In this document: one piece after another, positions 1 through 9,005 of the stretch
Position numbering within the stretch: the stretch's first letter is position 1
How the letters are laid out: each line of letters starts with the position of its first letter
Source of the DNA: Gammaproteobacteria bacterium
Lineage (GTDB): Bacteria; Pseudomonadota; Gammaproteobacteria; GCA-002705445; GCA-002716945
Reading direction: 5' to 3'
NCBI GenBank assembly: GCA_038142325.1
Contig: JAYQJW010000002.1
Location: 192,001 to 256,000, forward strand
DNA: 64,000 nucleotides
Translations under genes and position numbers: made by a program
The notes under the pieces: generated by a model
Told to the model about the DNA's origin: nothing
What the model saw: the letters and a program-made list of their open reading frames with translations, nothing else
The model's database searches: none

Positions 1-307
1 TAAATCAAATGTTGGTCTAACTCAGGATAAATATCTCGAATTAGGACGAGATATGTATAGAGGTGGGAATATGGATATTAAAATTCAAGCATGCATAAGT
101 TGTCATGGCCCTAACGGTCAAGGAAACTATGCTGCTGCAATTCCAATGTTATCAGGACAACATTCTCAATACACATATCAACAATTAAAAAACTTTCAAT
201 CATCAATGAGATCTAACGATTATAATAAGATGATGAGAAATATTGTCCATAGAATGACAGATGAGGAAATGAAGGCTGTAGCAAGTTATATTGAAGGCTT
301 ATATTGA
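1..307 (+). CDS. Cytochrome c4 (di-heme), C-terminal part; 5' end outside window
   Basis: Frame open from base 2; CISCH heme motif, LSGQHSQY...QL and MMRNI axial Met; upstream of dsbA as is usual. Confidence 0.85.
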   Translation, partial: KSNVGLTQDKYLELGRDMYRGGNMDIKIQACISCHGPNGQGNYAAAIPMLSGQHSQYTYQQLKNFQSSMRSNDYNKMMRNIVHRMTDEEMKAVASYIEGLY

Positions 308-918
308 TGTTCAAACTTAGACATTTCCTGTTGTCTTTATCATTTCTTCTGCTTTCTAGCCAGATTGTCCATGCTCAAAAATATGTTCAAATATCAACTG
401 AAAAACAACAAGAATCAACAGATGTAATAATTTATGAATTTTTTTGGTATGGCTGTCCTCATTGTTTTAATTTAGAGCCAACAATGGATCGAATCGAAGC
501 AGACTTAGAAAAAGGAGCACGAATTGTCAAAGTACCAGTAGCACTTAGAGATTCATGGATGCCTCATGCTAAATTATATTATGCGCTAAAGCAGATGAAT
601 AAAATTGATGATGTACATAACCAAATTTTTGAGGAGATACATCTCGAAGACAATCGTCTAAATACAGAGGAATCTATGGTTGAATTTTTGGGCAAAGCTG
701 GAATAGATACAAAGCTTTTTCTTGAAAAATATAATAGTTATGGCACTGAAGCGAGAATAAAAAAATCAAGTAATCTAGCTAGAAAATTTCAAATTAACTC
801 TGTTCCAACTATTGTAGTTAATGGTAAATATCTAACAAGTGGATCTTACGTTTCTAGTTATGATGAATTATATAGTGTGGTAAATTTATTAGTGGAAAGA
901 GAAAAAAATGATTTATAG
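304..918 (+). CDS. dsbA: Thiol:disulfide interchange protein DsbA
   Basis: Signal peptide, EFFWYGCPHC active site, VPTIVVNGKY cis-Pro loop. Confidence 0.93.
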   Translation: MMFKLRHFLLSLSFLLLSSQIVHAQKYVQISTEKQQESTDVIIYEFFWYGCPHCFNLEPTMDRIEADLEKGARIVKVPVALRDSWMPHAKLYYALKQMNKIDDVHNQIFEEIHLEDNRLNTEESMVEFLGKAGIDTKLFLEKYNSYGTEARIKKSSNLARKFQINSVPTIVVNGKYLTSGSYVSSYDELYSVVNLLVEREKNDL

Positions 919-927
919 GAGTATAAA

Positions 928-1782
928 ATGACAGCAAAAATTATTAGTGGAAGAGAAGTTGCAGAACATATTCTTGAAAATGAACTTTCAAAGAAAGTTG
1001 AAGAACTAAAGGGTAAAAACATCATACCAAATTTAGTTGTAATTTTAGTTGGTGAAATGAAAGCATCAGCTAGTTATGTTGCACAAAAAGAAAAATTTGC
1101 AGCTAAGGCTGGCATTAAGTCAGAGGTAAGAAGATTTAACTCTGAAATTAGTGAAAATGAGATATTATCTGAGATTGATAAAATTAATGATGATCCATTG
1201 ATACATGGAGTTATAGTCCAACTTCCCTTACCAGATCATATTTCTGTTGCAAAAGTTCTTAATAGAATTCATCCATCCAAGGACGTAGATGGCTTTACAC
1301 CTAATAATGTCGGTAAACTATTTCTTGGTGAAGATACACTCGTATCATGTACACCAAAAGGTATCATGCAAATGTTAAGAATTTCTGGAACTGATTTAAA
1401 TGGGAAAAATGTTACAGTTATTGGTAGATCAAATATTGTTGGTAAACCTGTGTCTATTTTATGTCAGTCTGAAAATGCTACAGTCACGATGTGTCATTCA
1501 AGAACAAAAGACTTAAATCATAAATTATCTGATGCAGATGTCATAATTGTTGCAGTAGGTGTTCCTAAGTTTATTTCAGGTGATCAAATACCGGAAGGAG
1601 CAGTTGTAATAGATGTTGGAATTCACAATATTGATGGGAAATTATGTGGTGATGTTGATTTTGATTCTGCTAAAGAAAAAGCATCTGCAATTACACCTGT
1701 TCCTGGTGGCGTTGGACCTATGACAGTTTGTGCGTTAATTGAAAATACAATTATTGCTGCTGAGAGAATAAATAGCGCCTGA
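928..1782 (+). CDS. folD: Methylenetetrahydrofolate dehydrogenase/cyclohydrolase
   Basis: KDVDGF, GRSNIVGKP and TPVPGGVGPMT motifs; AGGAG RBS. Confidence 0.97.
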   Translation: MTAKIISGREVAEHILENELSKKVEELKGKNIIPNLVVILVGEMKASASYVAQKEKFAAKAGIKSEVRRFNSEISENEILSEIDKINDDPLIHGVIVQLPLPDHISVAKVLNRIHPSKDVDGFTPNNVGKLFLGEDTLVSCTPKGIMQMLRISGTDLNGKNVTVIGRSNIVGKPVSILCQSENATVTMCHSRTKDLNHKLSDADVIIVAVGVPKFISGDQIPEGAVVIDVGIHNIDGKLCGDVDFDSAKEKASAITPVPGGVGPMTVCALIENTIIAAERINSA

Positions 1783-1847
1783 GAAGATTCGAACTTCTGA
1801 CCTTTAGCTTCGGAAGCTAATGCTCTATCCAACTGAGCTACAGGCGC
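1774..1847 (-). tRNA. tRNA-Arg(CCG), CCA not encoded
   Basis: Reverse complement GCGCCTGTAGCTCAGTTGGATAGAGCATTAGCTTCCGAAGCTAAAGGTCAGAAGTTCGAATCTTCTCAGGCGCT folds into a cloverleaf; anticodon loop TT-CCG-AA. Confidence 0.95.
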
Positions 1848-1930
1848 AAAAAAGGATTCAAATTAATTTCATTTCAAGTATAATCTAGACAATTTAGAAT
1901 TATACATACTTATACAAATTTTAAGGAAAT

Positions 1931-2410
1931 ATGAGTTCACCAACATCTGATAGAGACTTTTATAAAATCTTTGGTTATATATCATTAGGAATAACTATAT
2001 TGGCTATTTTTATTGCAATTATATCTAAAGTTTTTGCGTCATCAATAACAAATGATAACTATGATGATGCTATCAAACATGCAACTGAAAAGCGTATTGA
2101 ATCATCTGAACGTGTCAATCTTGCAAGTAATCCTACATTTAAATCAGAAGTTATAGAAGTAGCTTCATCTAAATCTGGAAAAGATATCTACAATTCAGTT
2201 TGTATGTCATGTCATATGAGCGGAGCAGCAGGAGCGCCAATAACTGGTAAAGCAGACCAATGGACAGACAGACTAGCCAAAGGAAATGATACTCTATATG
2301 CAAATGCAATCAATGGTATTGGTGTAATGCCTGCTAAGGGCGGCCTAATGTCTCTGAGCGACGATGAAGTAAAGCTTGCTGTAGATTACATGCTAGAACA
2401 GTCTAAGTAA
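1931..2410 (+). CDS. Cytochrome c5 family protein
   Basis: N-terminal TM helix, CMSCH, GAAGAP, MPAKGG motifs. Confidence 0.92.
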   Translation: MSSPTSDRDFYKIFGYISLGITILAIFIAIISKVFASSITNDNYDDAIKHATEKRIESSERVNLASNPTFKSEVIEVASSKSGKDIYNSVCMSCHMSGAAGAPITGKADQWTDRLAKGNDTLYANAINGIGVMPAKGGLMSLSDDEVKLAVDYMLEQSK

Positions 2411-2416
2411 CTGTTT

Positions 2417-2644
2417 TCATTTTTGATTTAATTTATCCTCTAAATCATCAAGTTTTTTTCTTGTCTTAGCTAGTACTGAACTTTGTACATCAAATTCTTC
2501 TCTTGTTACTACATCTATCTTTCTTAGATAATCATTTAGTAAGATTTTAAGGTTGTCTTTAAAGTCGTTTTTTATGTCAGATGTATTATTTGGCAACAAA
2601 TCAGAGATGCTATCAATCAATTCTTTTAACCTGGGTTTGTCCAT
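2417..2644 (-). CDS. ubiK: Ubiquinone biosynthesis accessory factor UbiK (YqiC family)
   Basis: IDVVTREEFDVQSSVLAKTRKKL motif; divergent from the glnK-amtB unit. Confidence 0.88.
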   Translation of the reverse strand: MDKPRLKELIDSISDLLPNNTSDIKNDFKDNLKILLNDYLRKIDVVTREEFDVQSSVLAKTRKKLDDLEDKLNQK

Positions 2645-2657
2645 TCCATTCTCCTAA

Positions 2658-2674
2658 TGCACAATATTTGTGCA
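2658..2674. promoter_or_regulatory. NtrC enhancer site
   Basis: TGCACAATATTTGTGCA = TGCAC-N7-GTGCA palindrome ~135 bp upstream of a sigma54 promoter. Confidence 0.8.
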
Positions 2675-2806
2675 ATCATATGTAATTACATGTATTTTAT
2701 GCAATTTTGTTAAGGTTTAATTAAGTAAACCTTTGGTTACAATGCACTTTATTGTATTATATCGTCAATATTATTGAATATAGAGAATTTTCATTAATAT
2801 TCAAGT

Positions 2807-2822
2807 TGGCATAGTTTATGCA
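2807..2822 (+). promoter_or_regulatory. Sigma54 (-24/-12) promoter of porin-glnK-amtB
   Basis: TGGCATAGTTTATGCA: GG-N10-GC spacing is exact; precedes a nitrogen-uptake operon. Confidence 0.8.
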
Positions 2823-2920
2823 TATCTACTTTCGATAGCTAAAACTATTTATCATAGATAAATGTCAACTATCACTAAAAACTAAATATTTAACCATTTT
2901 CACGTAAGGAGAAAATATAA

Positions 2921-3609
2921 ATGAAAAAATTAATTAGATCATCACTTTCAGTTGCTCTTGCAGCTTTGATGTCTGTATCTATGATGGCTCATTCAGGCGA
3001 TGGTGTAGCTGAAGAAGGAAGTAGTTCTGGCGTAAGTTACAACATTGGATACATGTCTGAATACTGGTATAGAGGTTATTACCAAGCTGAATCTTCAGTT
3101 AGCTTCGGTGCTGATGCAGAAATGGGTAATTTCTATGTTGGTACTTGGTGGGCTGATGTTGATAACGGTGTTGAGTATGACTTATATGCTGGTTACAACT
3201 TCTCATTAATGGGCGTACCAATGTATGCTGGTGTTACAGGCTACTATTATTCAGATAACTTTGATGGCGACTATGAAGAAGTTAACATAGGTGCTGATTT
3301 AGGCTTTATGTCTATTGATGCTGCTATCGATGGCGAATACGATCAACTAGCTGGCGCAGGTAAAGTAGGATATCAATTCTACACTATTACTGTACCTGGC
3401 ATGATGATGGGACTACCACTTGATTATAGTTATCAAACATGGACAGGTGATAATATTTTAGGTCATACACATGAACTATCATATTCAGCAACTGTAAGTG
3501 GAGTTGATGTAGGCTTAACACTTGGTAGAAACGTTGATACTGTCACATAGGCTACCGCGACAACAATAATACAACATACGCAAACTTTACCTTGGGGTAT
3601 AGTTTCTAA
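2921..3609 (+). CDS. TorF-family putative porin (frameshift near 3545-3555)
   Basis: Signal peptide; SEYWYRG, FYVGTW, EYDLYAGY motifs; another frame gives ...TTYANFTLGYSF-stop at 3609, a typical beta-barrel C-terminal Phe. Confidence 0.8.
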
Positions 3610-3619
3610 ATATTTTTAG

Positions 3620-3988
<369 letters not shown>

Positions 3989-4015
3989 TTAAACGTTTTT
4001 AATTAGGAGATTGCG

Positions 4016-5293
4016 ATGGAAGCTTTAGAAGGTAAAGTCATAGAACTTGCTTACGCTCTAGACACATTCTACTTTTTGGTGATGGGTGCATTTGTCATGT
4101 GGATGGCAGCAGGCTTCACCATGTTAGAATCTGGACTCGTTAGAGCAAAAAATACAGCTGAAATTCTTACAAAAAATATATCGTTGTATTCGATATCAGT
4201 CATCATGTACATGATTGTAGGATACAACCTCATGTACCCAGGTGGAGGGACAGGTGTTATCCCTGAATTATCCTTTTTCCTTGGAGAGGACAATACAGCT
4301 GAAGCTGTAATTGCAAGTGGTGGAGATGTGTATTATTCAGGTATATCTGATCATTTCTTCCAGGTTGTATTTGTTGCAACCGCTTGCTCAATAATATCTG
4401 GTGCAGTAGCTGAAAGAATGAAGCTGTGGCCATTTTTATTATTCTGTGTCGTTATGACCAGTGTAATATATCCTGTACAAGGTTATTGGAAGTGGGGCGG
4501 TGGATTCTTAGATGAAGCTGGTTTCTCTGACTTCGCTGGCTCAGGTGTCGTTCACTTATGTGGTGCTGTTGCAGCACTAGCTGGTGTCTTAGTACTTGGA
4601 TCAAGAAAAGGTAAATATGACGGCGGTAAAGTAAATGCTATGCCTGGTGCTAATTTACCCCTTGCGACATTAGGTACATTTATTCTATGGCTAGGCTGGT
4701 TTGGCTTCAATGGAGGTTCAGAACTAATCATATCAAATGTAGCAGAAGCTAATGCTGTATCTATGGTTTTTGTAAACACTAACCTAGCTGCTGCAGGTGG
4801 TGTAATGGGCGCATTACTTCTATCTAAAATGATGTTTGGTAAGTCAGATTTAACGATGGCTCTTAACGGTGCAATAGGTGGATTAGTATCAATCACGGCT
4901 GAGCCGCTTGCGCCAACACCAGGTTTAGCGCTTATTATAGGCCTAATTGGTGGACTAATAGTTGTTTTATCAATTGTTATGTTAGACAAAATGAGAATAG
5001 ATGATCCTGTAGGAGCAATTTCTGCTCATGGTACATGTGGCTTATGGGGACTACTGGCTGTTACTTTAACAGGCGGTTCATTAGGTGCACAAATCTATGG
5101 AGCTTTGATGATATTCCTATGGACATTTATTATGAGTTTAATTTTCTGGTCAATCATCAAAATGTTCTTTGGTTTAAGAGTAACTGAAGAAGAAGAATCT
5201 GATGGTGTTGATATTTCTGAGTGTGGACTAGAAGCATACCCAGAATTTAGTAAAGCTACTGGAGTTAAACCTTCAGTTTATCCAGAACAATAA
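4016..5293 (+). CDS. amtB: Ammonium transporter
   Basis: DFAGSGVVH, WFGFNGGS, DDPVGAISAHG motifs. Confidence 0.96.
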   Translation: MEALEGKVIELAYALDTFYFLVMGAFVMWMAAGFTMLESGLVRAKNTAEILTKNISLYSISVIMYMIVGYNLMYPGGGTGVIPELSFFLGEDNTAEAVIASGGDVYYSGISDHFFQVVFVATACSIISGAVAERMKLWPFLLFCVVMTSVIYPVQGYWKWGGGFLDEAGFSDFAGSGVVHLCGAVAALAGVLVLGSRKGKYDGGKVNAMPGANLPLATLGTFILWLGWFGFNGGSELIISNVAEANAVSMVFVNTNLAAAGGVMGALLLSKMMFGKSDLTMALNGAIGGLVSITAEPLAPTPGLALIIGLIGGLIVVLSIVMLDKMRIDDPVGAISAHGTCGLWGLLAVTLTGGSLGAQIYGALMIFLWTFIMSLIFWSIIKMFFGLRVTEEEESDGVDISECGLEAYPEFSKATGVKPSVYPEQ

Positions 5294-5301
5294 GCAAATC
5301 C

Positions 5302-5334
5302 TAAGAGAGCGTAGCAACATGCTACGCTCTTTTA
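5302..5334. terminator. Likely bidirectional intrinsic terminator between amtB and speE
   Basis: AGAGCGTAGCA-ACA-TGCTACGCTCT 11-bp perfect stem followed by TTT; includes the speE stop codon. Confidence 0.8.
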
Positions 5335-6045
5335 GCTGACATAAATGACCACGTACCAGTCGGGTACAAAGGCATCGAAAAGCTTGTAACATTGTTATTT
5401 ATAAAACCCAAGTCTTTGTACTTTCTCTTTAACGGGTTAATGATAGTTTTTGTGTCTTTTAGTGGAGAACCTGATTGCTGTATAATCACACCCATTTTTG
5501 TAAGAGAAATGTAACACTTTTGCAGAAATCTTTTTGAAAATAAAACTTTTGCCTGATTAACAGGATCTGTTGAATCTATAATAATACAATTATATTTTTC
5601 TTGTGAAGTTTTGAGAAATTTATATCCATCTTCTACAATTATATTTATTTTGTTTTTATCACTTTTTTTGTAATAAAAGTTATTTGAAAAGTATTTTTTT
5701 GATATATCTAACACTTGTTTATCGATTTCAACAACATCTATTTTATTCTACAAACAATTTATTTAATATAAGTTTGGCTATTCCACAGTCACCACCACCT
5801 ATAATTAATATTTTTTTTGCATTTTTTGGTACAATTTTTATACATTCCTCATGATAGTAGTTTTGATTCTTCTCTGACAACATAAAGCAGCCATCTAGAT
5901 ACATTGCATTACCATAGTATTTTGTCTTAAGGACTTCTATCTTTTGATATTTACTTTGACATTGATATAAATATTTTTCATACTCTATTCCGACTGAAGT
6001 TTCAGTTGAAAAGTCGTATTCATAATATATTTTTTTGTTACTCAT
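5322..6045 (-). CDS. speE: Spermidine synthase (frameshift near 5745)
   Basis: SKYQKI, LDG, ILIIGGGDCG in the first fragment; IIDSTDP and YPTGTW in the second. Confidence 0.88.
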
Positions 6046-6095
6046 GATTCGACTAAGTTATTTACTGAAGATAATTATATTGGACTTATTTGATT

Positions 6096-6479
6096 ATGCA
6101 ATTAGAACACAAACATCTAGTACTAAGAGCTGAAATTGATGACTGCCCTAAAGAAGAAGCGCTTCATGAAATACTCGAGTGGATGAAACAATTAATAAAT
6201 AAAATTGATATGAAGTTAATGCAAGGACCATCTATTACTTATGTTGATCAACCTGGTAACCGTGGCACAACATGCATGGCGTTAATAGAGACCAGTCATA
6301 TTGTTATTCATATTTGGGATGAGACCAATCCTGGACTACTTCAATTGGATATATATAGTTGTAAAGAATTTGATCTAAAGTTAGTTGTTACGCATTTAGA
6401 AGAGTATTTCAATGTTTCTAAGATGCAATATAAATTTCTAGATAGAACTACAAATATGACTATTATTGACGAGAACTAG
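6096..6479 (+). CDS. speD: Pyruvoyl-dependent S-adenosylmethionine decarboxylase family proenzyme
   Basis: IETSHIVIHIW and QLDIYSC motifs; divergent from speE. Confidence 0.82.
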   Translation: MQLEHKHLVLRAEIDDCPKEEALHEILEWMKQLINKIDMKLMQGPSITYVDQPGNRGTTCMALIETSHIVIHIWDETNPGLLQLDIYSCKEFDLKLVVTHLEEYFNVSKMQYKFLDRTTNMTIIDEN

Positions 6480-7311
6480 TTGTTAGTAGTTCATTTTGAT
6501 ATTTTATGCGGGCACTTATCATATCTATTAGAAGACACATTCTTTTATATAGTTGACCTGATTTTGTATAATTAGCTTCTGCTATAAAATCTACTCTATC
6601 AGCATTTAAAAGTTCAGATGATACTTTTTTCTGTTCTTTGCTCTCTTTTGGGTAAACAGAAATTGCATGCCCATTCTGCTTTTTTATTAGTGCCATACTA
6701 GGCACATCGGTCAAGCCGTCTCCAATATATACCATATTTTCAAAAGGAATAGGTCTACATTCTTCTGGCATGTGGCTATTTATTGAATCAGCTATTTTCT
6801 CTTTACCTTTGTTAATTCTAAAAAGGAATTGAGTCTTTACTGTGTCTGTTACTACAGTTTTCGGGAATGTAGCATGTCCATAATCATCAAAGTAATATTG
6901 TGATCCAAAAACATTCGAGAGTTTATTTCTTATCATAGATGATTCTAATATTTCATGATGTCCTGCTGATATAACATAATGAGAAATATTTATTTTTCTA
7001 TGATTTTTTTCAACATATTCATTTATGTTATCAAACCAATTTTTAACACCTTTAAAATATTTTATATTTGATGCCATTATTTTAAATTCTTTTTTTGTGA
7101 TATCAAAATTAAGTTTTTTTGCTTCTGCTATTAATCGTCTCATATAAATCATCATAACTTCACCATCAGATGTTTTAGCTTCATCAAGTATACTTTTCCA
7201 AAATTTCTTTGAGTTTAGTTTTAATCTAGGAATTATTGTATATTCTTGCATTGTCTTGGGAGTAAGAGTTCCATCAAAATCATATACCAATGCTATAGTA
7301 TTTTGTTTCAT
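6463..7311 (-). CDS. HAD-family hydrolase
   Basis: YDFDGTLT motif I; YIGDGLTDVP motif IV. Confidence 0.85.
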   Translation of the reverse strand: MKQNTIALVYDFDGTLTPKTMQEYTIIPRLKLNSKKFWKSILDEAKTSDGEVMMIYMRRLIAEAKKLNFDITKKEFKIMASNIKYFKGVKNWFDNINEYVEKNHRKINISHYVISAGHHEILESSMIRNKLSNVFGSQYYFDDYGHATFPKTVVTDTVKTQFLFRINKGKEKIADSINSHMPEECRPIPFENMVYIGDGLTDVPSMALIKKQNGHAISVYPKESKEQKKVSSELLNADRVDFIAEANYTKSGQLYKRMCLLIDMISARIKYQNELLTTSSRQ

Positions 7312-9005
7312 TACATAGAATCCATCGGCTTAATGTCGAGAGTACTCAGACCGTTTATAATAATTTTATCAATACATCTTATTAGCTTAATTCTCTCCAT
7401 TTTGACGATAGAGGTAAGAATTTTTGTATCTGCATAGTAAGAATGGAATGATTTTGATAGTTGGTATAAATAATTTGTTATTAGATCTGGTCTAACTTCT
7501 TCGATGGCTTTGTTAAATGTCTCATGATACTTATTAATCAATTTAAGTATATTGAGTTCATTTTTTTCATTAAGTTGATTGAAATCCTCTTTTAATGATT
7601 TCTTCTCATCAAAATCTCCTAAAATTTTTGTTATCCTGGCATGTGCATATTGAATATAGTAAATAGGGTTATTTTTGTTTCTCTCTCTGGCCTCATCAAT
7701 ATCAAACTCCAGGTGTTGATCTTTCTTTTTGGTGAGATAGAAAAATTTAGTAGCATCCTCACCTATATCTCTGACAAGGTCTTGTATGGGTAAGAAAGTT
7801 CCACTCCTTGTGGACATTGATATTGATTCTCCAGATTTTAAGAGATTAGCAAATTGGACCAGATGAATTTCTAATCTGTTTTTAACATCAAACCCTAATG
7901 CATTAAGTGCAGTCTGTAATCTAATAGCATAATCATGATGATCAGCGCCCCAAATATCTATTAACAAGTCATTTTTTTTAAACTTATGAATGTGATAAGC
8001 AATGTCGGTTGCGAAGTATGTCATGTCTCCATTATTTTTTATGAGTACTCTATCTTTTTCTTCTCCGAAGCTGCTATTTTTAAACCATAATGCTCCATCT
8101 TTTTTATAACTTAAACCTTTCTCATCTATGATAGAAAGCACTTCATCAAGTAATCCAGTTTTATACAACTGACTTTCAAAAAACCAACTATCAAAAACTA
8201 TATTTACTGCGCTTAAATCTTTTTTGATATATTTATTGATTATTTCTTCAACTAATGCGCATCTTGTTTCAAAGTAGTTAGGATGATCTTTTAAATATGA
8301 AATAAGAGAATCTATAGGTTTTTCAAGTAATTTTAATATGTCCTTTTTTTTAAATAAATTAAGTTTATCTTTAAGAGATATCGAGATGTCATTTATATAA
8401 TTACCTTTATAAGTAAACAAACGGCCATCTTCACTATTCTTCTCGTCAATAAAGATATGATCACTTTTCTCAATATGTTGTAAGAAAACACTTACTAATA
8501 ATAAATCAATTTGCCTACCTGCATCATTGACATAATATTCTCTTCTAACTTCATGTCCCTGTAGGGATAAGAATTTTGCAGTAATTTCACCAAGTATCAT
8601 TCCTCGACCATGACCAACATGTAAAGGGCCAGTTGGATTTGCCGAGACATACTCAACATGTACTTTTTTAGATTTTTCAATCTGCTTTGTGTATATATCT
8701 TTTTCATCTAGAATTTCATTAATTACTTGATACTTATTTTGATTGGACAGGAAGAAGTTTATATATCCTGGTGGTGCAACCTCTATCTTTTCAATTGTTT
8801 CATCAGATTCAATAGCATTAATTATATCTTGTGCAATGATTGTAGGTTTTTTCTTTAATATCTTTGCAAGCTTCATGGCAACATTAGTGTAAAAATCACC
8901 ATGAGCGCTATCTGATGTTCTATTTACCTCAATATCTATATTATCTTTATCACAACCAAGCTGATCCATTGCTCTTGCAATGAGTATTTTAATGTTATTA
9001 TTCAT
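7311..9005 (-). CDS. argS: Arginine--tRNA ligase
   Basis: SANPTGPLHVGHGR (HIGH-type), WGADHHDY, MSTRSG, YIQYAHARI. Confidence 0.97.
   Translation of the reverse strand: MNNNIKILIARAMDQLGCDKDNIDIEVNRTSDSAHGDFYTNVAMKLAKILKKKPTIIAQDIINAIESDETIEKIEVAPPGYINFFLSNQNKYQVINEILDEKDIYTKQIEKSKKVHVEYVSANPTGPLHVGHGRGMILGEITAKFLSLQGHEVRREYYVNDAGRQIDLLLVSVFLQHIEKSDHIFIDEKNSEDGRLFTYKGNYINDISISLKDKLNLFKKKDILKLLEKPIDSLISYLKDHPNYFETRCALVEEIINKYIKKDLSAVNIVFDSWFFESQLYKTGLLDEVLSIIDEKGLSYKKDGALWFKNSSFGEEKDRVLIKNNGDMTYFATDIAYHIHKFKKNDLLIDIWGADHHDYAIRLQTALNALGFDVKNRLEIHLVQFANLLKSGESISMSTRSGTFLPIQDLVRDIGEDATKFFYLTKKKDQHLEFDIDEARERNKNNPIYYIQYAHARITKILGDFDEKKSLKEDFNQLNEKNELNILKLINKYHETFNKAIEEVRPDLITNYLYQLSKSFHSYYADTKILTSIVKMERIKLIRCIDKIIINGLSTLDIKPMDSM

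Noticed and set aside
1623-1832. 69-aa minus-strand ORF; likewise 18771..18962
   Set aside because: These read through tRNA genes and antisense to real CDSs.
2743-2804. Second NtrC half-site (TGCAC at 2743) and AT-only palindromes
   Set aside because: No matching right half-site; AT-only inverted repeats are expected at this base composition.
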